Of a stretch of 64,000 nt of DNA, positions 1 through 9,724 are shown in pieces. This DNA is from an uncultured delta proteobacterium. GTDB taxonomy: Bacteria > Myxococcota_A > Polyangia > Polyangiales > Polyangiaceae. The notes beneath the pieces are model-generated. The model was given only the letters and a program-made list of their open reading frames with translations, did not search any database and was not told the origin of the DNA. The stretch lies in NCBI GenBank assembly GCA_963850305.1, contig CAWKKR010000008.1:1472001-1536000 (forward strand). Reading direction: 5' to 3'. The position numbers and the translations under genes were made by a program. Numbering within the stretch: position 1 is the stretch's first letter; the number at the start of each line of letters is the position of its first letter.

Positions 1-231
1 AGGGCGACGCGTACGCTGTTCTCTCTGATCCCGAAAATGGCGCATGCAGAAATCGCGGCTCGCGCCGAGATGCAGGCGTCATCGGCGCCCACGAGCAGGC
101 GAAGAATGAGCTGGCGAGGGTTCGGTGTCATTAATACTCGTCCGTCGTAATTGCGCCTCGATATGTAATGTGACATAAGAAGTACATTCTATCAACGTAA
201 CTGTAATGAATGACGAAAAGGGGCAGAAATC

Positions 232-1146
232 ATGGATACTTTGAAGACCATGACCTACGAGGTCCGCGGACGCGTCGCCCGGATCACGCTGAATCGACCC
301 GCGCGCGGTAACGGCATCACGCTGGACATGCCGCAGGAGCTGGCCGCCTGCGTCGAGCGCGCGAACCTCGATCCAGCAGTGCACGTGATTGCGCTGGCGG
401 GGAACGGGTCGGGTTTCTGCGGCGGCTACGACCTCGTGGAGAGCGCGGAAGGTCACGGGGTGCCGAGCGACGCTTCCTTGCGTCCGGCGGGGTCGGCGCT
501 CGATCGTCGAGTGCAGATGCTGAACCACGTACCGAACACCGCGTGGGATCCGATGACCGATTACGCCATGATGAGCCGCAACGTTCGCGGCTTCATGAGC
601 CTCTTTCATGGCGAAAAGCCGGTGGTCTGCAAGGTGCACGGCTTCTGCGTCGCTGGCGGCACCGACATGGCGCTCTGTTCGGATCTTCTCGTGATCGCGG
701 ACGATGCGAAGATCGGTTATCCTCCGGCGCGCGTCTGGGGTTCACCGACGACGTCTCTCTGGGTGCACCGGCTCGGGATCGAGAAGGCCAAGCGATTGCT
801 CTTCACCGGGGATTGCCTTTCCGGCAAGGAAGCGGCCGAGTGGGGACTCGCGATCGAGTCGGCCCCTCGGGACGAGTTGGACGAGCGCTTCGAAATCCTC
901 GTCGGGCGCATCGCGCAGATGCCGATCAATCAGCTCATCATGATGAAGCTGTTGCTCAATCAGACGTTGATGGCCCAGGGGCTTCACACGACGCAGCTCG
1001 TCGGGACCATCTTCGACGGCATCACGCGCCACACGAAGGAGGGGTACGCGTTTCAGCAGCGCGCGGCCGAGGTGGGCTTCAAACAGGCCGTGCGCGAGCG
1101 CGATGAGCCTTTCGGGGACTTCGGGATGTCGTCGTTCAAGGGGTGA
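232..1146 (+). CDS. Enoyl-CoA hydratase/isomerase (crotonase) family protein
   Basis: ARITLNRP..GN, FCGGYDL, KPVVCKVHGFCVAGG, D.LVIADDAKIGYP crotonase motifs. Confidence 0.9.
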   Translation: MDTLKTMTYEVRGRVARITLNRPARGNGITLDMPQELAACVERANLDPAVHVIALAGNGSGFCGGYDLVESAEGHGVPSDASLRPAGSALDRRVQMLNHVPNTAWDPMTDYAMMSRNVRGFMSLFHGEKPVVCKVHGFCVAGGTDMALCSDLLVIADDAKIGYPPARVWGSPTTSLWVHRLGIEKAKRLLFTGDCLSGKEAAEWGLAIESAPRDELDERFEILVGRIAQMPINQLIMMKLLLNQTLMAQGLHTTQLVGTIFDGITRHTKEGYAFQQRAAEVGFKQAVRERDEPFGDFGMSSFKG

Positions 1147-1148
1147 GC

Positions 1149-1829
1149 TCACCTTGCCATCGGGAGCGGCGCGACGCCCGGACCCTCGCCGACGAGCGTG
1201 GCGGAGCCGAGGCGGGACATCACGCGGCGCGCTCGTTCGATGCTGGCGTCAGCCACGTGTCGTCCCTCGTCGCCTTCTTCCAGGACGATCCGCGTGACCC
1301 CCTCGAGTGCGAGCACGAGCGCGCGTAAGAGGAGCGGATCGACGCGCCTGCCGCCGCGCTGCGGCATCCCGTCATGGAGCATCTGGACCAGGACCTCGTG
1401 GACCTCCATGCGGCGCGCGTGCAGTGATGACTCGAGGCGCTGCGCCTCGCCACCCAGTACGAAGACGAGCCGGCCCATGTCGCGGGCGTTCTTCAGGTGC
1501 GCATCGATGCAGCCTTGAAGCTGCCGGAGCGCCTCCGTTTCCCGGCTCACGGCGAGCCGGCATGCATCGAGCAGGTTTTCCGTGCCGAGGCGGTAGAGCG
1601 CCTCCGCGACGTCTTCCTTGCTCTCGTACAGCCGATAGAACGTGCGCCGCGAGATCCCCGCGGCGGCGAGCAGATCTTCGACGGACGCAGCGCGGAAGCC
1701 GCGGTTCGCGAACACGATCGCGGCCCCCTGCAGAACGTGGGCGCGCGCGCTGGCCTCGCCGAGCTGTACGCCGCTCGGCCCCGGGGGTCGCTCGGTGGGG
1801 ACTCTCTTACCTGAGGACTTGCGGACCAT
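1149..1829 (-). CDS. TetR/AcrR family transcriptional regulator
   Basis: N-terminal HTH AAIVFANRGFRAASVEDLLAAAGISRRTFYRLYESKEDV; start placed at ATG 1829. Confidence 0.9.
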   Translation of the reverse strand: MVRKSSGKRVPTERPPGPSGVQLGEASARAHVLQGAAIVFANRGFRAASVEDLLAAAGISRRTFYRLYESKEDVAEALYRLGTENLLDACRLAVSRETEALRQLQGCIDAHLKNARDMGRLVFVLGGEAQRLESSLHARRMEVHEVLVQMLHDGMPQRGGRRVDPLLLRALVLALEGVTRIVLEEGDEGRHVADASIERARRVMSRLGSATLVGEGPGVAPLPMAR

Positions 1830-1896
1830 TGGCGCCGAGCATGCCCACGCCTTGGGCGCGCCGTCAGCGTCGATCTGCGGGTTCCCAAGCAAGTCC

Positions 1897-1926
1897 TTGA
1901 CGAGAGGTATACGTATTGTCTACCAT
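1897..1926 (+). promoter_or_regulatory. Putative sigma70 promoter with an overlapping palindrome (candidate TetR operator)
   Basis: TTGACG-N18-TACCAT in the divergent TetR/esterase intergenic region; the palindrome ATACGTAT (1909-1916) lies in the spacer. Confidence 0.45.
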
Positions 1927-2044
1927 GAGCTCGATGGAAACTCTGCGAGACGAGCGCTGCCTTCTGACCGGCGCGGCGAGCGGGCACCTCGTCAACGTCT
2001 CTCCGGCTGCGCGGCTCGTCGGGCTGCCCTGGCACGCTGCGTAC

Positions 2045-3199
2045 ATGAAGCGAGCCGGTGCGACGGCCATTATTGCCCTGCTGGCATGCGGGCCGTCGGG
2101 CTGCGGTGGACAAGGCTCCGGCTCTTCGCCGGATGGGGCCGGATCGAACGACGGCGGAGGTCGAGCGAGACCGGTGCTCGGCGAACCGATCGATGTGCCG
2201 GACTCGGAGGAGTGGGTGTGGGTTCCGATCGAGGGCACGCAGTGCGCCGACGGCACGGAGGCAGGGATCGGCGTCAATTTCACGAGTCAGAGTCGCGATC
2301 TGCTGGTGTTTTTTCAGGGTAACGGCGTCTGCTACGACCTGATCTCCTGCACGATATTCCAGTCGGAGCTCACGGGCATGGGCTCCGATCCCCTGGATCA
2401 TCTCTGGTGGAGTGACCCGAATACGAACCACCTCGGGATCTTCGATCGAAGCGATCCGACGAATCCGTTTCGCGCGAGCAACTTCATCGCGTTCCCGCAC
2501 TGCGGAGTCGACGCGCACACGGCGGACAAGGACTCCACGTATCCGCCTCTCCCGACGATTCACCAGCACGGTTACGCCAACGTGACGATCACACTCCCGA
2601 GGATCCTCGCTACGTTCCAGGATGCGACGCGAGTGGTCGTGACGGGCTTCAGCGCCGGCGGGATCGGTGCCTCGGCGAACTACGACCAGATTGCGAACGG
2701 CTTCGAAGGGCTGGGGATGCCGTCTCCGTTCCTGATCGTCGATGCAGGCCCAATTCTCCGCCCCCCGTACGCCAGCGCGACGGCGACGGCGTCTCTTCAC
2801 GATGGATGGGGGCTGGCCCAGACGATCGACACCTGGTGTTCCACGTGCCCGACCGAGGGATACCACACTGGATACAGGGAACTCGCACGGCGGCACCCGG
2901 GACTTCGCAGCTCGATCCTCTCTTCGTACAATGACGATACCGCCACGCCACTCTATGCTCTCTTGAACGCAGACACGACGTTCGACGGTGCCGAGTTCCA
3001 GGCGGGGCTCCTGGATCTCGCGACCTGGACGGCAAGTTATCAAGACACGCTCGCCCCGAGTGCACACCAGGAATTCTTTTACCCAGGCAGCCGGCACGGC
3101 GCTCTCGTCGTCGACGCACTCTCGGCGACGCCAGGCCTCACCGACTTCCTGAATGAGCAACTCGGTGGCAGCCCCGACTGGGCTACCGTCGAACAGTGA
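2045..3199 (+). CDS. Pectinacetylesterase-family (Notum-like) secreted hydrolase, probable lipoprotein
   Basis: Signal/lipobox-like LLAC or PSGC; GTQCADGT, LLVFFQGNGVC, FPHCGVDAH, nucleophile motif GFSAGG, C-terminal His. Confidence 0.8.
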   Translation: MKRAGATAIIALLACGPSGCGGQGSGSSPDGAGSNDGGGRARPVLGEPIDVPDSEEWVWVPIEGTQCADGTEAGIGVNFTSQSRDLLVFFQGNGVCYDLISCTIFQSELTGMGSDPLDHLWWSDPNTNHLGIFDRSDPTNPFRASNFIAFPHCGVDAHTADKDSTYPPLPTIHQHGYANVTITLPRILATFQDATRVVVTGFSAGGIGASANYDQIANGFEGLGMPSPFLIVDAGPILRPPYASATATASLHDGWGLAQTIDTWCSTCPTEGYHTGYRELARRHPGLRSSILSSYNDDTATPLYALLNADTTFDGAEFQAGLLDLATWTASYQDTLAPSAHQEFFYPGSRHGALVVDALSATPGLTDFLNEQLGGSPDWATVEQ

Positions 3200-3762
3200 G
3201 GCCCCTGATGCATCCCAGAAAATTGCGAATCGAGCCGCTGGAACCCTCCGAGTGGAGCGAGGACGTGCGCGACGCGCTCGGGCCTCGGACCAGTTCGGGA
3301 CGCGCGTTGAACATCTTCACCACGCTGGCGCGTCACCCCCAGTTGCTCAAGCGATGGCTCGTGTTCGGTAGCCACATTCTCGGCGGCTCGACGCTCTCGC
3401 CGCGCGCACGCGAGCTCTTGATCCTCCGGACCGGGTATCGCTGTAAGAGCGAGTACGAGTGGGGTCAGCATGCCCACATTGCGCGGCAGGTGGGGCTCTC
3501 GGACGAGGAGATCCGTCGCATCACGGAGGGACCCGGCGCACCGGGTTGGGAGCCGCTCGAGGCGCTGCTTCTCCGCGCTGCGGATGAGCTCCACGACGAT
3601 CAGGTCATCGGTGATGTCACGTGGGCCGCTCTCCGCGACGCATACGACGTGAAGCAGCTGCTCGACCTGGTCTTCACCGTGGGTCAGTACACCCTGGTCT
3701 CGATGGCGCTGAACACGCTGGGTGTCCAGCTCGACGAGGGCGTCGAGGGATTCCCCAAATGA
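3196..3762 (+). CDS. Carboxymuconolactone decarboxylase/AhpD-like protein
   Basis: NIFTTLARHP, LSPRARELLILRT...SEYEWGQH family pattern. Confidence 0.85.
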   Translation: MRPLMHPRKLRIEPLEPSEWSEDVRDALGPRTSSGRALNIFTTLARHPQLLKRWLVFGSHILGGSTLSPRARELLILRTGYRCKSEYEWGQHAHIARQVGLSDEEIRRITEGPGAPGWEPLEALLLRAADELHDDQVIGDVTWAALRDAYDVKQLLDLVFTVGQYTLVSMALNTLGVQLDEGVEGFPK

Positions 3763-4565
3763 GGCTCGAGGGCAAAGTCGCGATCGTCGTCGGCGGGGGT
3801 CAGACCCCGGGAGATACGATCGGGAACGGGCGCGCCGCCGCGATTCTGTTCGCGCGCGAAGGTGCCAAGGTGCTGGTCGTGGACCGCGATCGGGATTCGG
3901 CGGAGGAGACGGCCGAACTGATCCGGAAGGAGAATGGTCTCAGCCGCGCGGTGCGCGCCGACGTGACGCGGGAGGACGATTGCCGGAGCTTCGTGGAAGC
4001 GTGCGTCTCCACGTTCGGCAAGATCGACGTGCTCCACAATAACGTCGGAATCGGTACCGGCGACAATGGCGTCGATCAGCTCACCGAGGAAGCCTGGGAC
4101 CGCATCTACGATGTGAACACCAAGAGCGTCTTCCTCGCGTGCAAGCACGCGATTCCCCTGATGCGCAATCAGCGGAGCGGCGTCGTCCTCAACGTATCGT
4201 CGATTGCCTCGATCTGCGCCTCTCCGCTCTCCTCGCATCTCACCGCTTACAAGTCGAGCAAGGCGGCGGTGAACGCGCTCACGCAGGGCCTCGCGATCGC
4301 GAACGCGGGTTATGGGATCCGGGTGAACGCGATTCTGCCGGGCCTCATGAACACGCCGATGGCGATCGAAAGCATCGCCAATCGCCTCCAAATGGACAAG
4401 GCGGATCTCGTGCGCGCGCGCGACGCGATGGTCCCGCTGGGCGGGAAGATGGGGACGGCCTGGGACGTCGCCTTCGCCGCGCTGTTTCTCGCGTCGGACG
4501 AGGCTCGGTTCATCACCGGCGTGCTCTTGCCGGTGGACGGGGGGCAGAGCACCCGAACTGGATGA
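3759..4565 (+). CDS. SDR family NAD(P)-dependent oxidoreductase
   Basis: GKVAIVVGGG...GNG, NNVG, YKSSK catalytic motif, IRVNAILPG, VDGG; ATGA overlap with the upstream stop. Confidence 0.92.
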   Translation: MRLEGKVAIVVGGGQTPGDTIGNGRAAAILFAREGAKVLVVDRDRDSAEETAELIRKENGLSRAVRADVTREDDCRSFVEACVSTFGKIDVLHNNVGIGTGDNGVDQLTEEAWDRIYDVNTKSVFLACKHAIPLMRNQRSGVVLNVSSIASICASPLSSHLTAYKSSKAAVNALTQGLAIANAGYGIRVNAILPGLMNTPMAIESIANRLQMDKADLVRARDAMVPLGGKMGTAWDVAFAALFLASDEARFITGVLLPVDGGQSTRTG

Positions 4566-4601
4566 GCGTGAACCGAAGCGCGATCGGCGGATTGGCGACG
4601 C

Positions 4602-5120
4602 TCAGAACGGGAGTCCCTGCACGTCGATGCGTCCCTTCGGCCACGTCGGTGCGGCGTGTAGCGCACGCCACATCGCGGGCATGGGCATCCGTACCCGTCC
4701 ATCGGGCTGGTCGACCCACACGGGGGAGGGGAGCTCGAGGTATCCGCGACGCGCGTAGATCGCGACGAGACTGACGTTGCAGAAGATCATGGCTCGATCG
4801 GGGCCCATGGCTTCCACGAGCGGTTTGAGGCCGTCCATCAGCCGCTCGAGAAGGCCCCGCCCGCGCAGCTCTTTTCGGATGATGAGCCCGCCGACGCCGA
4901 CGACCTCGAACCCGTTCCCGCCCTCGACATCGACGTGCGCGACGGTCGCGCCCGCGACAGCCTCGAGCCGCCCGTCGTCTCCGCGTAGCCCCACGTGGCG
5001 GTCCTTTGCGCGCCAGACGAGTCCGGCGCCGGCTGGGCCGAATGGCTCCCGCTCGCGCCCGGTCAGAGCGATCCACTCTCGCAGAGACAGCTCACCGAAT
5101 TCGACCAGCTCCACGGACAC
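4602..5120 (-). CDS. GNAT family N-acetyltransferase
   Basis: VGVGGLIIRKELRGRGL acetyl-CoA motif A; IYARRGY. Confidence 0.75.
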   Translation of the reverse strand: MSVELVEFGELSLREWIALTGREREPFGPAGAGLVWRAKDRHVGLRGDDGRLEAVAGATVAHVDVEGGNGFEVVGVGGLIIRKELRGRGLLERLMDGLKPLVEAMGPDRAMIFCNVSLVAIYARRGYLELPSPVWVDQPDGRVRMPMPAMWRALHAAPTWPKGRIDVQGLPF

Positions 5121-5363
5121 ACTTTATAGTGTGCCCGGGTCTTTCGCTCAACCACGGCGCGCCGCGCGCCGATGCTGCACGCGATGCCCGTAGTTCGATC
5201 GCAGACGATCCATTAGCTACACCGTAAGCGGTGAAAATATCGTTAAGATCGCGCCGAAAATGAGCGGCGCTTCCTGCCGCCATGCCGGCTCGTATCGAAC
5301 GTCGTTCCCACGCAATTTACTCGCGTCTGTCGGGCCGGCGAAAGTAGTTCATTATCGGATGCC

Positions 5364-8300
5364 TTGCGTCGGCTCATCCTGATCTCGCCCAACTTGCTGC
5401 GCGTGGCGCGGTGGACGTCACGCGTCGTCGCGGCTGCGGTCCTTCTCGGCCTATTGACGCTCTCGCTCGGAGTTCATTCTCTCGACCAGCCGTGGGTCAA
5501 GCGCCACGTGCTGTCGCTGGTCCGGAGCACGACGGGTATCGATCTCGATTATCGGTCGGTGCGCGTCGGATTGCTTTCTTTCGTCGACATCGACGATATC
5601 CTGGTGCGGTCACCCGCACGCGTGCGCGGTGTCGCTCCCGAGCTCGCTCGCATCGGGCACGTCGAAGCGCGATGGTCCCTCGGCTCCATTTTTCACGAGG
5701 GTCCCTACATCAGCCGCGTCACGGTGTCCGGCGTGGCGCTGACGGTCGTCATCGACGAGCACGGCACGACGTCCTTCGATCTGCTTTCTCCCGCGACCGG
5801 TGGACCACCGGCGCCGGCCGTGCCGCTGTCGCACCAGCCAGCCTCGTTTCTCGGAAAGGCGCTCCCGATCGGTTCGATCGACGTCCGCAACGTCACGATG
5901 GCCGTCATTCGAACCGACCATGGTCGCGCGCGCGACCGTGCGAAGCTCTCCGGGGTTTCCGCGGCCGTGAGTACGGAGACCGTACCGAAAGGTTCGCGCA
6001 TCAGAGCTCATCTCGGTTCGCCGGACGCGCCGCTCGCTCTTCACCTGACGGTGGACCGTGAGGGAGCGCCCGAAGGCACGCTGGAAGCGAAGCTCTGGCT
6101 CACTCTCGAAGCGTCGCCCACGCTGGCGCACGTGATCGTGGACTTTCGCGTGCTGGAGCAAACCTTTCTGGCGGACTTTCACGTCGGAGATCCGGTTCAT
6201 GTGGAGGCGAGCGCGCGTTTCGATCCAGTCGGAGGCAAGACGGAGCTGACGGTCGACCGCACGACGGTGGGCAACGGAGCCGCGACAGCGGCCGCCTCGG
6301 TGGAGGTCCCGGATTCGGGTGCGCCCCTGGTGAGACACGCGGAGGGCGATATGGACCTGGCGCTGCTGCTGCGCTGTCTCCCTCCAGGTCTCATCCCGGT
6401 CAGCCTCGAACGCGCTCGAGTCCGTTACGACATCGAGTCCTTGGTGGCCGATGCGCGTCCGCGGCTGTCCGACGGCGGCAAGATCGATCTCGATGCGGAT
6501 CTCGCCAACGTGAAGGTCGCGCTCACCGGCGGTGCGGTCCAGTTCGACGAGGCCAAGTTCACTCTTCACGGCCATGCGAAGGACGGGAACATAGCGTTTC
6601 AAGGTGCGACCGAGGTTTCGAGGCTGGTGTCCGAGAGTCCGCCGATCAACGTCGACCACGTCACGGTCGGCTTCGACGGGGAGCCCCGAGCGGACCGCGC
6701 AATGGAGGGTCACGTCGATGTTCGTTTCACGCGCCTGGACGTCGGCGGCCCGTCGCCGCTCGGCGCGCGGGAGGGCCATGCGAAACTCCAGGTTCAGGGT
6801 CTGCGAGTGGACCCGCAAAAGCCTCTGGAGGCGCAAGGTGACGTCGCCCTCTCGGCGGATGTGCGGTCGATCGACGTGCGGTTCGGGCGGGCGCAGGCCG
6901 TCGTCGATGGATGGGCCTTTCACGCGCACGCGAATCTCGACGGACGCACTCCGTACGCCGTCGACTTCGGAACGTCGGCGTCACGCCTTCGAGCGAGCGA
7001 CGCGGAAGGGCGCATGCTCGCCGATGCGCCGGTGCGCGTCGACGCTCGACTGGGAGACGTCTATCCCAACCTCGACCGTCCCGCGGCCAGTCGCGGGACG
7101 GTGCATGGTAAGCTCAGCCTGGGCCAGCTCGAAGCGACGCTCGATTCGAAGAAGGACGTGGACGCGGCCGACTTCACCTTGCACCTCGTGGCGGCCAGCC
7201 TGGCTCAGGTGCGGCCGTTTCTGCCCGCGAATGTCGCGAACGAAGCCCCGTGGGCTCGCATCGCCGTGGACGTGCGGACCACCGGGCGCGTGGAGCGGCT
7301 CACGTCGCCGAATCCGAGCGTGAAGCAGAGCATGGAGGTTCACGCCGATGGGCCCGCGTTCGGGAACGTGAAGGCGAAATCCTTGACGCTGTCGCTGCAC
7401 TCGAACGGCGACACGCTCCGCCACTCCGCCGATGCGGAGCTCCACGTCCAGGGGCTCGCCGTCGGGGATGGGGCTTCGAGTGACGACGGAGCGACGCTCT
7501 CGGTTTCGGTCGATCGCCAGGCGCCGTCGCTGCACATCGAGCTCGGCACGACCGGTCTCGCGACGTCGAAGGGGTCGGCGTCGCTGTCGTTCGACCGTGC
7601 GCGCCGCGTGGTCAAGTACGACGTGGCGGGCAGCCTGTCCGGCCTCTCGCCGCTCGCGAAGGCGGCGTCCATGTCGCGAGGCTTCGACGGATTCGATCTC
7701 TCGAAGGTCGCACTCTCGTTCGCCGCCCAAGGGGAGTTGCTCGGCGCCGTTTCGACTCTCACGAGCGACGGCATTCTGGTGCCCGCCCCGCACTTCACGC
7801 GCACTGCCGGCATCGAGGGTACGGCTGACTGGAAGGCGTCCGACCTGAATTTCACCAGTGGTGGCACCGTGCTCGCCATCCCCTCCGCGGAGTGGCGCGG
7901 CGTATTCCATGTCGCCGGCGCGCGCCGCACCGTGGAGAGTCATCTCGACGTTGGCTCGTTCCATCTCGTGGCCGGACCAAACAGGCTGGACGTCCATGGG
8001 CTCTCCGACCGAGCTTCCGCCACCGTCACCGGGGACTTGCGGGATCCCGAAGCAGAGGTCGCCGACCGCCTGAGTATACGCGGTGTACATCAGGACATCG
8101 TGCCCGGGTATCCCACGGGCAATCTTTCGTTCACGCTCGCGGCCGAGCGGGACTCCGAAGGGGTCGTACACGTTTCCGACCTGAAACTCGTGAACGGGGA
8201 TGGCGGGACGACGCTGGCGCTGACGGGCGCGATCGATCTGGCCGCTCGTCGCCACCGGCTCTCGATCAGCGCCGATCTGACCCAGGAGCTCGCGTCGCTT

Positions 8301-9188
8301 TCCAGAGTGCCCAAGCTCTTCGTGGGTCGTGGCCTGGTGACGCTCGATGCGACGGTGGAGTCACCGGACCTCGCGCTCTTCCGAACGCGCGTCGATCTCA
8401 AGGCAAATGACGTTCATGCGCAAGTCCCACTCGAGGGCGTGGACGTCGAATCGGTCGACGCGAAGATCCCGATCACGATGACCCTCGAAGTCCGTCGGGA
8501 CACCGCAACGGGCAAGCTGAGCGTCAACATCCGCCATGACGAGCAGCACAATCCGTATTCGATGCTCCGCTTTGCGGATCAACACCCGTTGATCAGCCGC
8601 ACGGGATTTCTTTCCATCGATCGCGTGAAGACGCGCCTCGTCTCGATCGCGCCGCTCGTCGGTAACCTCGCCGTCGAGCAAAATGTGATGTCGCTCCGGC
8701 AATTCGAGATGGGGATCCGCGGGGGGAGAGTCACGGGGCAATGCGCGCTCGACTGGGATGGGCCGAAGTCGACGCTCGTGTTTCACGTGCGCGCGACCGG
8801 CGTCAGATCCACGCACGGCGAACCGTTCGACGGCAACATGGCCGTGGCTTTCTCCGCGAGCGATCGCACGGTCGAAGGTCGCGCCGACATCGTCCGCATC
8901 GGCCCTCGGCACCTGCTCGATCTTCTCGACATGCAGGACCCGATGCACGTGGATCCCACGATGAACCGCGTTCGAACGGCCCTTGCTTTCGGGTACCCGG
9001 ATCGGATGCGTCTGGTATTCCAGCACGGGTTCGTCAGTGCGAAACTGGAGCTGGGGGGGCTGGCGAGTCTCGTCAGCATCGACGAGATACGCGGAATCCC
9101 CATGGGACCCATCGTCGACCACATCATGTCGCGAATCCGCCAGGCGTCACGGAAATCCGAGGACTCGGAAAAGGACGATGAGGAATGA
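5364..9188 (+). CDS. AsmA/YdbH-like intermembrane bridge protein (1274 aa)
   Basis: N-terminal TM anchor, >1100 aa of repeating amphipathic beta strands, helical C-terminus; directly upstream of a DUF1318-like lipoprotein. Confidence 0.65.
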   Translation: MRRLILISPNLLRVARWTSRVVAAAVLLGLLTLSLGVHSLDQPWVKRHVLSLVRSTTGIDLDYRSVRVGLLSFVDIDDILVRSPARVRGVAPELARIGHVEARWSLGSIFHEGPYISRVTVSGVALTVVIDEHGTTSFDLLSPATGGPPAPAVPLSHQPASFLGKALPIGSIDVRNVTMAVIRTDHGRARDRAKLSGVSAAVSTETVPKGSRIRAHLGSPDAPLALHLTVDREGAPEGTLEAKLWLTLEASPTLAHVIVDFRVLEQTFLADFHVGDPVHVEASARFDPVGGKTELTVDRTTVGNGAATAAASVEVPDSGAPLVRHAEGDMDLALLLRCLPPGLIPVSLERARVRYDIESLVADARPRLSDGGKIDLDADLANVKVALTGGAVQFDEAKFTLHGHAKDGNIAFQGATEVSRLVSESPPINVDHVTVGFDGEPRADRAMEGHVDVRFTRLDVGGPSPLGAREGHAKLQVQGLRVDPQKPLEAQGDVALSADVRSIDVRFGRAQAVVDGWAFHAHANLDGRTPYAVDFGTSASRLRASDAEGRMLADAPVRVDARLGDVYPNLDRPAASRGTVHGKLSLGQLEATLDSKKDVDAADFTLHLVAASLAQVRPFLPANVANEAPWARIAVDVRTTGRVERLTSPNPSVKQSMEVHADGPAFGNVKAKSLTLSLHSNGDTLRHSADAELHVQGLAVGDGASSDDGATLSVSVDRQAPSLHIELGTTGLATSKGSASLSFDRARRVVKYDVAGSLSGLSPLAKAASMSRGFDGFDLSKVALSFAAQGELLGAVSTLTSDGILVPAPHFTRTAGIEGTADWKASDLNFTSGGTVLAIPSAEWRGVFHVAGARRTVESHLDVGSFHLVAGPNRLDVHGLSDRASATVTGDLRDPEAEVADRLSIRGVHQDIVPGYPTGNLSFTLAAERDSEGVVHVSDLKLVNGDGGTTLALTGAIDLAARRHRLSISADLTQELASLSRVPKLFVGRGLVTLDATVESPDLALFRTRVDLKANDVHAQVPLEGVDVESVDAKIPITMTLEVRRDTATGKLSVNIRHDEQHNPYSMLRFADQHPLISRTGFLSIDRVKTRLVSIAPLVGNLAVEQNVMSLRQFEMGIRGGRVTGQCALDWDGPKSTLVFHVRATGVRSTHGEPFDGNMAVAFSASDRTVEGRADIVRIGPRHLLDLLDMQDPMHVDPTMNRVRTALAFGYPDRMRLVFQHGFVSAKLELGGLASLVSIDEIRGIPMGPIVDHIMSRIRQASRKSEDSEKDDEE

Positions 9189-9724
9189 ACCGGCCCTACG
9201 TGCTTTCGCTCCTTGCCGCGGTCGCGGTCTCTGGTTGCTTCAAGTCCGAGATCGTCGTGCCCGATCATGCGACGGCTCTCGAGCAGGAAGCAGCGGGCTC
9301 CTTTGCCGCTACCGACGACAGGCTGAACCGCGCCGGTATCGAACCGCGCCCGGTGCCACTGACGCCGGATCAGATCGCGACGCTCGGACTTTCGCCGCCG
9401 TCGCTCGTGGACGGATTGGACGAGACCAGCGCCGATCGGCTCGACGGATTGCTCGTGCAGCATTGTGTGGGAGAGGGAGCGGACGGCTTGATCGCCAACA
9501 CGCACGACGCCTGCCAGGGCGCCGCGGACCCCGACGAGGTTCAGCCCCTGATCGATGGGGTGAACCGCGCTCGCCGCTTGCTGTTCCGGTTCATGCACGA
9601 CCAGCGCCCCGACGTCTCCGAGAGCGATCTGCGGAAGGCGTGGCACGCGGCTCACATGATATCCGTGGTCTGCGGCGGATGGCTCGAGAGCGACGACGGC
9701 AAATGGGGGCCGAAGAAATGCTGA
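9185..9724 (+). CDS. Lipoprotein with YdbL/DUF1318-like domain
   Basis: Lipobox VSGC; VGEGADGLI, VNRAR and C-terminal GGWLESDDGKWGPK resemble YdbL motifs; ATGA-coupled to the upstream gene. Confidence 0.7.
   Translation: MNRPYVLSLLAAVAVSGCFKSEIVVPDHATALEQEAAGSFAATDDRLNRAGIEPRPVPLTPDQIATLGLSPPSLVDGLDETSADRLDGLLVQHCVGEGADGLIANTHDACQGAADPDEVQPLIDGVNRARRLLFRFMHDQRPDVSESDLRKAWHAAHMISVVCGGWLESDDGKWGPKKC

Noticed and set aside
8983..9717. 245-aa N-terminal extension of the TolB/TPR protein
   Set aside because: Overlaps two real genes; the signal peptide begins at ATG 9718
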